Assembly: GCA_963783885.1 (NCBI GenBank)
Contig: CAWAPJ010000005.1
Span: 15,574-79,573 of the forward strand
Direction of reading: 5' to 3'
Source: Waddliaceae bacterium
GTDB lineage: Bacteria > Chlamydiota > Chlamydiia > Chlamydiales > SLFE01
Length of the DNA: 64,000 bases
Part shown: positions 47,815-57,613 of the stretch, piece by piece
How positions within the stretch are numbered: the stretch's first letter is position 1
Layout: every line of letters starts with the position of its first letter
The notes under the pieces: generated by a model
Database searches by the model: none
Told to the model about the DNA's origin: nothing
The model's input: only the letters and a program-made list of their open reading frames with translations
Position numbers and translations under genes: made by a program

Positions 47815-48313
47815 ACCCTGATTGCTACCTAAACCTTAGCTAGAGCTTACACGAGTGCGCCAGATACAACTGTAGCGTCGACGGCAAGGGTAATCCCTTG
47901 CCGAGGCGCTACAGGCAGTAGATGGTGTGCTCGTGTAAGCTCTAGCTGAGCTCCCCTTTGCATAAAAACGAAACACTATAGGCAAGAATTGCACAGAATA
48001 CTTTTATCAAAAAGCCTTGTTCAGTGCAGAACTTAAAAGTTCTTTGGAAAAGGTTTGTTATGCAGCTAAATGTCGTCTCGACAATCTGTCGCTTGCTGCT
48101 AATTTTGTATCGCCACCATTTATTTGGACACAAATTTGGCTTAAGGGTGAGATTTTTCCAAACCTCTCAAGCCGCCTCCCATGTCGGACTCTAGCTAAGT
48201 TCAGCGATTCGTCAAGGATTCCCTTCGGCTCGCTTCGCTCGTCCTGGACTTCATCGCTGCCCTTAGCAATTTTGCCTTCCATCGGTTGCGTCTTAAGAGT
48301 TTTGTTAAATCTC

Positions 48314-49204
48314 TTATGCTGCATATTTAAACTCCCAGTTTTGGCGAGCTTCTCTAGGGCTGCAGTAGCCTAGCTTCTCAAGTAACCATTCATTGTTATA
48401 ATCCTCTACAAATGACTGAATGGCTCGTCTGACCTCATCAAGATTTTTAAAAACTCGACCATGCACACATTGCTCCTTCATCGTTCGATGAAATCGCTCT
48501 TCCACCCCGTTGGTTTCAGGCTCGCCTACTAAGGCATAGCTAAAGTTAAAGCCCCAGTATTTAGCCTCATTCCGATACTCATTGGCTGTGAAGACCGATC
48601 CATGATCTGGTCTTAGACTGATCCCTCTAGCGATACCTGGCATTAGCTCTCCGCAACCAGACCTTACAGCATTTCGTAACACCTCCATCGCAGCGTGTCG
48701 ATCGCCACGTTTGGTGACGTGCCACCCAAGACACTCGGAATTCCAGTGGTCAGTGACACCGAAGTACCAAATCCATCCATCATCCTCGGTCCAGATCTTT
48801 ACTGCATCTGTTGCCCACATATCGTTGGGAACATCTGTCACGATTCTGCCATCATGTTTTTTTGCCTTTCCTTGGAAACTGCGATGTGGAGATAGAATAT
48901 TAGCCTCTCTCATAAGTTTCAAAATCCTGTTTCTCCCTACGCTGATCCCATGATTCCGCCTCAATCGAGCCCATACTTTCCGGTGTCCTTCGCCCGTAAA
49001 CTTACTCTCTTCAATATCACTACGAATCCACTCAAGGAGGTCTTCATCAGCCATCCAAGGAGTGGGTCCCGGCTTTCTTGTAACGGTGTCTTTTTGCTTT
49101 CTTGCTCTTGCGTTGTAGACGGTTGAGCGAGTTATACCCCAAACCCGGCAGACTCGCTGTAATCCGTATACGCGTCCAGTTGATGAAGAGCTGGAGGTGC
49201 TCAT
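48314..49204 (-). CDS. IS3 orfB DDE transposase
   Basis: WATD, DHGSVF, NGVEERFHRTMKEQ, LGYCSP. Confidence 0.92.
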   Translation of the reverse strand: MSTSSSSSTGRVYGLQRVCRVWGITRSTVYNARARKQKDTVTRKPGPTPWMADEDLLEWIRSDIEESKFTGEGHRKVWARLRRNHGISVGRNRILKLMREANILSPHRSFQGKAKKHDGRIVTDVPNDMWATDAVKIWTEDDGWIWYFGVTDHWNSECLGWHVTKRGDRHAAMEVLRNAVRSGCGELMPGIARGISLRPDHGSVFTANEYRNEAKYWGFNFSYALVGEPETNGVEERFHRTMKEQCVHGRVFKNLDEVRRAIQSFVEDYNNEWLLEKLGYCSPREARQNWEFKYAA

Positions 49205-49524
49205 TACTTCGACCTCCTCAATACTAAAGGGCCTTTCTTTTTTACCTGCCGTTTTAGTAGCTCATTTTCCATGGACAGCTCACCTATCTGCTCTTTAGCT
49301 CTGGCTAGCAAAGCGTCCTTTGGATCGTTTACCCTCTGCTTAAAGCCTTCCTCAAGGTGGACCAAAGCTTCCTCTCGCCACTCATTGACGATATGGACAG
49401 CCACGCCTACGGCGCGGCTGACATCATCTATTGCCTCACCTCGGAAAAGCCGTAGTACAACCTCTGCTTTTCGTTTGGCGCTCCATCTCTTTACTGTCTT
49501 ATCCGTACAATCTGTTGTTCTCAT
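49204..49524 (-). CDS. IS3 orfA
   Basis: Identical protein to 35745-36065; TAATG overlap with orfB and A6G frameshift motif. Confidence 0.9.
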   Translation of the reverse strand: MRTTDCTDKTVKRWSAKRKAEVVLRLFRGEAIDDVSRAVGVAVHIVNEWREEALVHLEEGFKQRVNDPKDALLARAKEQIGELSMENELLKRQVKKKGPLVLRRSK

Positions 49525-50581
49525 TGTGTTTCTCCTTGAAAACGATTGGGTATTTTACCCCAAATCAGTGTCCAAGTAAACTGGTGGCATTATGCTGCTA
49601 ATTTCCCTCTCTTCAATTGGTGTTCGGACTCTATTCTTTGCTTTACATCCCCGTTTTGCAAGCAATGTAATTTGTTCTTCTTTCAAGATGTCTTCTAAAT
49701 CAAAGCAATTATACGCACCATCTGCATAAAGTTTATAATCTGGTGGAATGTCCAGTTTCATTTCCCAGAGCACCTTTACATCGCTTACTGCTCCTGGCTT
49801 GAAAAGAACTTCAACCGGCTTGCCTTCGCTCGTCACAATCATATGAACTTTTATGCCGCAAAAGTAACGCTTTTTAGAAGCTGCGAAACCTAAATACCTT
49901 CGTTCTAGAAAAACCTTCCGTTTATCGATTCTATTTTTCTGACAACATGAAACTGGAAAGCTGTCTATAGCAAAACCCTGATCTTTATTTATTTGCTTAA
50001 AAAATAGAGCTAAAAAACGGAAAATGGCGTTCCAACAAATCCAAGGAATTTTATGAATTCGGCGATTTAGCCGGCTATTGCTTAAAATAGCTCTGAATAA
50101 TCGTAATCTTTTACATAAATATCTGGACATTTTATAGTTACAAGAAAAATATTTTGCTGATAAAATAGCAAAAGTTATCACTTCTGCGTTGGACATTTGA
50201 GATTGAGGATCGTCTTTAATCCCCAAAATTCGAAGGATTTCTTCGCTGATGACATAAACTGTTGTTGCGTAAGTTTCCATGATGCCCCCTTTTTTTGGCT
50301 AAGGAAGTATCATAGAGACTATTGTCGTTAAAATCTTTCATTGAATTCATCTGCTAAGCCTCGATTATCGGCAAGGGATTACCCTTGCCTTCAAATCGAG
50401 TCTACGCATCTGAATCCAACGAAAGACTTTAACAACAAGTTTAGGTAGCAATCAGGGTCGAAGCGCAGCTTCAAAATATAATTTTTCAATGAATATGATT
50501 GAAGATTTTATTCTTATTTTTGTTTTATCAATAATTCTTGATTCGATTAGGATCGTTAGGTAAAAATTGGAGATGGTTAGC

Positions 50582-51322
50582 ATGAATGAAACATTGAAAA
50601 ACAAATGGACTGAAGACGAGAGCGAAATCTTTATCAAATATGGCGATTGCTTCGTTCCGCAAAAAGAACGACAAATCGAAATTCTCGTCAAAGCAATTCC
50701 TGCACTAAAAAAAGAAGGCATCATTGTCGAACTTTGCTGCGGAAGTGGAGATACTTGCAGAGCGCTTTTGGAAAATTTTCCAAATGCAAAAGTATGGGGG
50801 ATGGATCTTAGCCAAAAAATGCTGGATGAAACTAAAAGAAGAAACAAAGAGTATGCCGATAGAATCGAAGTGAAACAATTCGACCTTGCTGAAAAAAAAT
50901 GGCGAACATTTCCAGAGCCTATCCACGCATTTGTCTCTTCCCTGGCAGTCCATCATTTAGATGCAGAGCAGAAAAAAAACCTCTTTAACGATCTCTACAG
51001 CCAACTGGAACCCGGAGGGGCCTTAATCATCTCTGATCTTATGTATCCCAACTCCCCTGAGTCAAAAAGGATTTTCGCAGATAACTGGGATGAGGAAACT
51101 GAAAATCGTTCGCTTGAAATTTTCGGCAACGAATCCGCATTCGAGGCATTTAAAAGAACTGAATGGAATTACTATTCCGATCCGAATGCTGAAAACGATC
51201 CAATAGACAAACCATCGACTCTTTATGATCAGCTCAAGTGGCTGGAAGAAGCAGGTTTTGCGTCTATCGAAGTCTTTTGGGCATGTGCAGGGCATGCTGT
51301 TTTCAGCGGATATAAAAATTAG
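50582..51322 (+). CDS. Class I SAM-dependent methyltransferase
   Basis: IVELCCGSG; GMDLSQKML; SSLAVHHL; L.PGG..I.SD. Confidence 0.88.
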   Translation: MNETLKNKWTEDESEIFIKYGDCFVPQKERQIEILVKAIPALKKEGIIVELCCGSGDTCRALLENFPNAKVWGMDLSQKMLDETKRRNKEYADRIEVKQFDLAEKKWRTFPEPIHAFVSSLAVHHLDAEQKKNLFNDLYSQLEPGGALIISDLMYPNSPESKRIFADNWDEETENRSLEIFGNESAFEAFKRTEWNYYSDPNAENDPIDKPSTLYDQLKWLEEAGFASIEVFWACAGHAVFSGYKN

Positions 51323-51462
51323 GAGAAAGTCATGAACACCAATCGAGCCCCTTGGATTATATTTGCCAATGTTGTTAACGAGTTGATGATCGAGATACCG
51401 ACAATGCGCTATTCCAAAGCGATGTCGGCTATCACGCCAATAAAAATGGGGAGGGAGAAATC

Positions 51463-52524
51463 ATGGGTAAAATCAAAAAGGTTGATGAGCTGTATGATTT
51501 AGGAATTATTCCTGAAGAAAAAATCAGCGAACTTGAGCAGGTTGTCGATCGATTTTCTTTATCAATTACTGATCAGATGGCAGGATTGATAGATATCAAT
51601 AACAACGATGATCCTATATCCACTCAATTTGTTCCCAATGCCAAGGAGCTGTCTGTAAAAGAAGAAGAACTTGCCGATCCCATCGGTGATAATGCCAGAA
51701 GTCCCGTTAAGGGTATTGTGCACAGGTACCCTGACCGCTGCCTCTTTCTTCCCATGACCGTATGTCCTGTTTATTGCCGCTTCTGTTTCAGGAGGGAAAA
51801 GGTAGGATCTGCCAAATCGGGATTGAACCGAAAGGAATTGGATGCCGCTTTAGAATATATTCAAAACACGAAGGAAATCTGGGAAGTCATTATTACTGGA
51901 GGGGACCCTCTCTTTATGCCCCCGAGCATGATCAAGCAAATCATTACCCGTTTATCATCGATAAATCACGTGGAAGTGATCAGAATACACACCCGTGTGC
52001 CGATAGTCGACTCTGATCGCATCTCCGAAGAGATGCTCGAGGCTTTGAAAACTGATAAAGCTCTTTACATAATACTGCACACCAACCACGCAAAAGAGTT
52101 TATTGACAAATCCAAAAAAGCGATCGCCAGTATAGTGGAATCGGGAATTCCCATGCTCAGCCAAAGCGTTCTGCTCAAAGGAGTCAATGATGACCCTCAG
52201 AAGCTGGAAAACCTTTTCAGGGAGCTTGTCAAAAACAGGATCAAACCCTATTACCTTCATCATGGCGACTATGCAAAGGGGACCTCTCATTTCAGAACAA
52301 CAATCAAAGAGGGACAGCAATTGCTAAAAAAAATAAGGGGTAACCTTTCGGGGCTTTGCCAGCCCACTTATGCACTGGATATTCCGGGCGGTTTCGGCAA
52401 AGTGCCTATTAATCCCAACTATTTGAAGGAACTGTCAACAGACGGCAAGCAAGAATCGTATATTGTAGAAGACTATAAAGGAAAGCTTCATCGATACCCC
52501 CCTTTGCTTGAAAGGAGAAAGTGA
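51463..52524 (+). CDS. Lysine 2,3-aminomutase-like radical SAM protein (KamA/EpmB family)
   Basis: HRYPDR; CPVYCRFCFRRE; TGGDP; QSVLLKGVND; DIPGGFGKVP. Confidence 0.92.
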   Translation: MGKIKKVDELYDLGIIPEEKISELEQVVDRFSLSITDQMAGLIDINNNDDPISTQFVPNAKELSVKEEELADPIGDNARSPVKGIVHRYPDRCLFLPMTVCPVYCRFCFRREKVGSAKSGLNRKELDAALEYIQNTKEIWEVIITGGDPLFMPPSMIKQIITRLSSINHVEVIRIHTRVPIVDSDRISEEMLEALKTDKALYIILHTNHAKEFIDKSKKAIASIVESGIPMLSQSVLLKGVNDDPQKLENLFRELVKNRIKPYYLHHGDYAKGTSHFRTTIKEGQQLLKKIRGNLSGLCQPTYALDIPGGFGKVPINPNYLKELSTDGKQESYIVEDYKGKLHRYPPLLERRK

Positions 52525-52526
52525 TT

Positions 52527-52612
52527 ATGCGTCAAAAAGATCAACATTCCCTTTATGACGTAGTAGGCGTAGGCGCCGGGCCGTTCAATTTAAGTCTCGC
52601 GGCCATTTTGCA
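52527..52612 (+). pseudogene. N-terminal stub of a lysine/ornithine N-hydroxylase (IucD/SidA family)
   Basis: AAGGAGA SD; YDVVGVGAGPFNLSLAA FAD-binding motif; homology ends after ~29 codons. Confidence 0.75.
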
Positions 52613-52838
52613 GCCTGACAAACAGTTTCCATTTGCTCCAGCCCCCATTCAATTTTTCTCATCCACTCTTGCTGCAAATCCCAATCTTTACCATGCCCTG
52701 CGCTAACTTTTTTTTGACACTCGGCAGTTCCGCAGCAGCAGTCAAATTCCCATTCAGGGTCATAGGAATATCATCTGTAGCAAAGAGACCAATCCCTCTC
52801 CCAGGTGACAAGCGAACTTTTGCAGAGCGAATCAACAT
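52613..52838 (-). pseudogene. SET-domain gene with an internal deletion
   Basis: MLIRSAKVRLSPGRGIGLFATDDIP joined out of frame to YDPEWEFDCCCGTAECQKKVS (post-SET CxCx4C). Confidence 0.7.
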
Positions 52839-52927
52839 GAAGACAAATGATAATATAGCGGTCAATTTATCGGTTTAAAAAATATTCGGATTGTGTTTAT
52901 ATATTCCTTATTTCAGGAGAAAATTCG

Positions 52928-54913
52928 ATGACCGATGAATCTGTTGAACATCATCTGCAGGAAAAAAGGCATTTCCCTCCACCCTACAGCAGAACGGCTT
53001 ATGTAAGAAATGCGAAACAATATGATGACATGTATAAACGATCGCTGGAAGAAAGTGATGAATTTTGGCTGGAGATGTCCAATTCACTTCGATGGATCAA
53101 GGAGCCGGAAATCGCAGGAAAACACGATTGGGATTCGAAAAAAAGAACAGTGAAACATACATGGTTCGAAGACGGTCTTTTGAATGTCTCGGCAAACTGC
53201 CTTGACCGGCATCTTGAAAAGCGAGGCAAGCAGGCCGCTATTGTCTGGCAGGGAGACAATGACAATGATTGGCTGATCATCGATTACAATACGCTGCACA
53301 AAGAAGTGTGCAGCTTTGCCAATATACTCAAGTCATTCAAGATCGCAAAAGGCGACCGGGTCTGCCTTTACATGCCTATGGTGCCCGAGCTGGCCATTGC
53401 CATGCTGGCCTGCGTTCGCATCGGAGCCATCCATTCCGTCGTGTTTGGGGGCTTTAGCGCCGAATCGCTCAGCCATCGGATTGAGGATTCAGGCTGCAAG
53501 CTGCTGATTACAGCGAATGAAGGATTGCGCGGAGGGAAGAAAATTCCCTTAAAAAAGATAGCCGACGAGGCGCTGCTGAGTTCTCCCTCAGTGGAATCGA
53601 TGATTGTTTTGAGAAGAACTGAAGAATCCTGCCCGATGGAAGATGGAAGGGATTACTGGTATCACGATCTGATGGATAAATCCAATCCCGACTGCCCTCC
53701 CGAGGAAATGAAAGCCGAAGATCCCCTCTTTATCCTCTATACATCCGGATCTACCGGAAAACCCAAGGGGGTCGTCCATACGCAGGCCGGATATCTTCTT
53801 CACGCCTCTTTGAGTCATCGAACAATTTTTGATATCCAAAATGATGATATGTTTTGGTGTACTGCCGACCTTGGGTGGGTCACAGGCCATAGTTATGTTG
53901 TTTATGGCCCTCTTGCAAACGGTTCGACCACTCTTATGTTTGAAGGGATCCCTACCTATCCCGATCCCGGCCGCTTTTGGCAGGTAGTCGAAAAACACCG
54001 AGTGACCAAATTTTATACAGCGCCAACGGCTATCAGAACGCTGATTAGCCATGGAGAGTCTTGGCCGCAAAAATACGATCTCAGTTCCCTCAAGCTTTTG
54101 GGGACCGTCGGAGAGCCTATCAATCCCGAAACCTGGATGTGGTATTACGAAATCATCGGACATGGCAAAACCCCTCTTGTCGATACTTGGTGGCAGACAG
54201 AAACAGGAGGCATCCTCATCTCCCCAATGCCCTATTGCCACACTCTCAAACCGGGATCTGCTATTAAACCATTTTTCGGCGTCGAGCCGGTTATTTTGAG
54301 GGAAGATGGAACCGAATGCAACATTGATGAAGGCGGCTCTCTTTGCATCAAAAAGCCCTGGCCCGGTATGATGAGAACGACCTGGGGAGACCATCAAGCA
54401 TTCATCGACACGTATTTTTCAACATTTAAGGATGTTTACTTTACCGGCGATGGAGCAAGAAAAGACAAAGACGGAGACTACTGGCTTCTCGGACGAATTG
54501 ATGACGTCGTCAATATATCGGGCCATAGGTTTGGAACCGCAGAAATTGAAAGTGCCCTGGTCGAGCACGAGGCGGTTGCTGAAGCTGCGGTAGTCCCCGT
54601 CCCCGATGAAGTTAAGGGGCAGGGGCTGTATGCTTTTCTTACTTTAGTCGACACAGCCGAACCTTCCGATGAAATAACTACCGAGCTTGTGCAGCTTTTA
54701 AAAAGAGAAATCGGTCCAATTGCCGATATGAAATATGTCCAATATACCCCGACTTTGCCAAAAACCAGGTCCGGCAAAATCATGAGAAGGGTCTTGCGCA
54801 AGATAGCGGAAAACGACCTTGAAAACCTGGGAGATATATCAACGCTGGCCGAACCGGAACTGGTTCGATCGCTTTACCGGGATAGAAAAAATAATGAGCC
54901 GATCCTCAGATAA
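52928..54913 (+). CDS. acs: Acetyl-CoA synthetase
   Basis: LYTSGSTGKPKG; DTWWQTETGG; PKTRSGKIMRR. Confidence 0.95.
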   Translation: MTDESVEHHLQEKRHFPPPYSRTAYVRNAKQYDDMYKRSLEESDEFWLEMSNSLRWIKEPEIAGKHDWDSKKRTVKHTWFEDGLLNVSANCLDRHLEKRGKQAAIVWQGDNDNDWLIIDYNTLHKEVCSFANILKSFKIAKGDRVCLYMPMVPELAIAMLACVRIGAIHSVVFGGFSAESLSHRIEDSGCKLLITANEGLRGGKKIPLKKIADEALLSSPSVESMIVLRRTEESCPMEDGRDYWYHDLMDKSNPDCPPEEMKAEDPLFILYTSGSTGKPKGVVHTQAGYLLHASLSHRTIFDIQNDDMFWCTADLGWVTGHSYVVYGPLANGSTTLMFEGIPTYPDPGRFWQVVEKHRVTKFYTAPTAIRTLISHGESWPQKYDLSSLKLLGTVGEPINPETWMWYYEIIGHGKTPLVDTWWQTETGGILISPMPYCHTLKPGSAIKPFFGVEPVILREDGTECNIDEGGSLCIKKPWPGMMRTTWGDHQAFIDTYFSTFKDVYFTGDGARKDKDGDYWLLGRIDDVVNISGHRFGTAEIESALVEHEAVAEAAVVPVPDEVKGQGLYAFLTLVDTAEPSDEITTELVQLLKREIGPIADMKYVQYTPTLPKTRSGKIMRRVLRKIAENDLENLGDISTLAEPELVRSLYRDRKNNEPILR

Positions 54914-56003
54914 AGAATATATGTCCCTTGCTTTTGAAGAAGGGAAAAAAGCCAGGCTGCACTCGCCTCCAAACCCCTGGGTAGGGTGCGTGATTGTCAA
55001 AAACGACCAAATTATCGGACGCGGGCATACCAGTCCTCCGGGACAGGCCCACGCTGAAATCATGGCGCTCGACGAAAGCGGCGAAAAGGCCCGAGGAGCT
55101 ACTCTCTATGTGACGCTTGAGCCCTGCTCTCATGAAGGAAGAACTCCCCCTTGCGTGGATGCTTTAATCAAAGCAGGCATTGCCAGAGTTGTCATAGCCG
55201 CTGCCGATCCGGACCATCAGGTAAACGGACAGGGCATTTCCAAGCTTAAAGATGCGGGCATCTCAGTCGATAATGGCATTTGCCAAAATCTGGCTGAAAA
55301 AGAACTCGAGGCCTATTTTTATCACCGAAAAACCAAGATGCCATTCTGTATTTTGAAAACAGCCATGAGTCTGGATGGCCGGGGAGCAGCTCCGGACGGA
55401 TCTTCGCAGTGGATCACATGCAAAAAAGCCCGGGCCGATGGGCATCGTTTGAGAGCTGAGTCTCAGGCAATCATTATCGGATCGGAGACCGCCATTAAAG
55501 ACCAGCCTCGCCTTACTGTACGAAATCACGCCGCACCTCATACGCCGCCTATCCGCGTTCTGCTCGACAGCAGAGGACGGGTCAAGGCAGGAGGCCCTCT
55601 TTTTGATCAAAGCCTTGGACAGACGATTGTCTATACAACCTCCAAAGCCGATCCCAATAATCTCCTTCACTGGAAAAAACGAGGCATTGGCATTGTTGAG
55701 GTAATGCCGTCAGCAACCGGAGTCGGGGTGCATCTTCCCCAAGTTATGAAAGATTTGGGATCAAGAGGCGTCATTCAGGCCTTGATTGAAGGAGGGCCGA
55801 CGCTTCATGGGGAATGCATCAGGCAGGGATTCATCCATCAATTCCATATCACAGTCGGCAACTGTCTTCTCGGCTCTGAAGGGAAGAGCATTTTCGAGGG
55901 AAATTTTACCGACTCGATTGCAAATGCCCCGCGACTTCACTTGGAGTCCGCCATACCATTTGGCGATTGCGTCAAACTCATCTTAACAAGCGTTTCCACA
56001 TGA
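54894..56003 (+). CDS. ribD: Riboflavin biosynthesis deaminase/reductase
   Basis: PNPWVGC; HAE; TLEPCSH.GRTPPC; SLDG; IEGG. Confidence 0.93.
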   Translation: MSRSSDKEYMSLAFEEGKKARLHSPPNPWVGCVIVKNDQIIGRGHTSPPGQAHAEIMALDESGEKARGATLYVTLEPCSHEGRTPPCVDALIKAGIARVVIAAADPDHQVNGQGISKLKDAGISVDNGICQNLAEKELEAYFYHRKTKMPFCILKTAMSLDGRGAAPDGSSQWITCKKARADGHRLRAESQAIIIGSETAIKDQPRLTVRNHAAPHTPPIRVLLDSRGRVKAGGPLFDQSLGQTIVYTTSKADPNNLLHWKKRGIGIVEVMPSATGVGVHLPQVMKDLGSRGVIQALIEGGPTLHGECIRQGFIHQFHITVGNCLLGSEGKSIFEGNFTDSIANAPRLHLESAIPFGDCVKLILTSVST

Positions 56004-57262
56004 GCAGTTTGCGGAAACATGTCAAAAGGCTGAACCGCATCCATGGAGTAACCCTCAAATTGTTTTAGGTCGCGGGCTAGGGTGGCCGGGTCGCACGAGA
56101 GATAAACAATATGCGCCGGGCGGGTATGATTGAGAGTTTGAATCACCTCAGGAGCGCACCCCTTCCTTGGAGGGTTGAGAATGACAATATCGGCATCTTT
56201 AAATTCTTTGAGCGCTTTTTCCGTTTCCCTGCAGATGAAGCGGCAATTGGAAATTCCGTTTTTTTCAGCGTTCTCTCTTGCATCCTGTATGGCTTGAGAC
56301 ACACACTCGATCCCGACAACTTCTTTAACGTGCTTTGATAAAATAAGACTCAGGGTTCCAACACCGCAATATGCGTCGACAATTCGATCGCCTGAGCGGC
56401 AGCCGGCGAATTCTCGAACTTTGTTATAGACATGTTCGGCCTGATGGGGATTCACTTGGAAAAATGAAGCCGGAGACACTTTAAACATCATTTCGCAAAT
56501 CTCATCGTGAATAAATCCCGATCCGCAAAGGATGGAATAAGACTCCCCTAAAATGACATTATTGCCTTTTGGATTGATGTTTTGAACAACTCCCTTTATC
56601 AAGGGGCACTCATTCATCAATTCGTTTGCAATTTCCGAAAGACTTCCTTGAGTTTTCTCTTTTGTCACAAAAATCACAAGCCCTTCCCGTCTGGCAGAAG
56701 AGCTTCTGATCAAAATATATTTAAGATGGGTTGGTAATTCTTCTGCCCGTTTTGAGACATGGCGAAAGATTTCCTCGCCTAAATCGCAATGAATCAGACA
56801 ATGGTCGATTTCGACAAGATTATGGGACCCTCTTTCAAACAAACCGATTTTAGGCATTTGAACGGGAAGCTGAATTTTGTTTCGATAGCCAAATGTTTGG
56901 GGCGAGGGAAGGCACTCATTGACAACAGGGCTTCGAAATCCCCCGATACGCTCAAGAGCGTCGAAGACCCTTTGCCTTTTGATTTTTAGCTGGCCGGGAT
57001 AATTTAGATGCATGATCTGGCATCCCCCGCACCGATCATAAAAAGGACAAGGGGGTTTTACTCGTTCACTGGAAGCCGCAATGATGTCAACAACCTTTCC
57101 TTTGGCATAAGTTTTTTTTACTAAAGTAAGACGGGCTTTCACTTTTTCGCCAGGAAGGGCTCCATCCACAAAGACGCGCATCCCTTCAAAAGTCCCCACT
57201 CCTTCACCGGAGGCTCCAAGCCCATCGATGTTCAAAGAAATTATTTGATTTTTTGTCGGCAT
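55937..57262 (-). CDS. rlmD: 23S rRNA m5U1939 methyltransferase
   Basis: TRAM domain; CGGCQ; SFFQVN; DAYCGVG; YLSCDPATLARD; DMFPQTAHVE. Confidence 0.92.
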   Translation of the reverse strand: MPTKNQIISLNIDGLGASGEGVGTFEGMRVFVDGALPGEKVKARLTLVKKTYAKGKVVDIIAASSERVKPPCPFYDRCGGCQIMHLNYPGQLKIKRQRVFDALERIGGFRSPVVNECLPSPQTFGYRNKIQLPVQMPKIGLFERGSHNLVEIDHCLIHCDLGEEIFRHVSKRAEELPTHLKYILIRSSSARREGLVIFVTKEKTQGSLSEIANELMNECPLIKGVVQNINPKGNNVILGESYSILCGSGFIHDEICEMMFKVSPASFFQVNPHQAEHVYNKVREFAGCRSGDRIVDAYCGVGTLSLILSKHVKEVVGIECVSQAIQDARENAEKNGISNCRFICRETEKALKEFKDADIVILNPPRKGCAPEVIQTLNHTRPAHIVYLSCDPATLARDLKQFEGYSMDAVQPFDMFPQTAHVETLVKMSLTQSPNGMADSK

Positions 57263-57390
57263 GACAACAAGTGTATCCGCATATTTTTTTGCCGTCAACT
57301 CCCTGATGATTGTAATTAGCTAAGAATTCAGGCAGGTCCGGTACCCTTCATCCTGCTGAAAAGCAATTTTCCTATCCTTTTGCAGCATAG

Positions 57391-57546
57391 ACCCTGATTG
57401 CTACCTAAACCTTAGCTAGAGCTTACACGAGTGCGCCAGATACAACTGTAGCGCCTCGGCAAGGGTAATCCCTTGCCTTCAAATCGAGTCTACGCATCTG
57501 AATCCAACGAAAGACTTTAACAACAAGTTTAGGTAGCAATCAGGGT
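57391..57546. mobile_element. 156-bp non-autonomous derivative (MITE) of the IS982 element
   Basis: Same 20-bp IRs; own 5-bp DR CATAG; consists of the two ends of 47815-50458. Confidence 0.93.
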
Positions 57547-57613
57547 CATAGGTCGAGAAATCAGAAGTAATTTCTTTATTGTTTTCTTGAAAAGGCTTTT
57601 ATCCTGATATAGT

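Larger units (their letters stand above)
48106..49592 (-). mobile_element. IS3-family insertion sequence, copy 2 (intact)
   Basis: Same IRs as copy 1; flanking direct repeat TGCTGCTAATTT. Confidence 0.93.
47942..50280 (-). pseudogene. IS982 transposase interrupted by IS3 copy 2
   Basis: IDSFP, GIKVH, ADGAY and RQIVETTFS motifs; frame restored as EEREISS-KRQIVETTF when the insert is removed. Confidence 0.9.
47815..50458 (-). mobile_element. IS982-family insertion sequence carrying a nested IS3 element
   Basis: 20-bp perfect IRs ACCCTGATTGCTACCTAAAC / GTTTAGGTAGCAATCAGGGT; 5-bp DR CGAAG. Confidence 0.92.
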
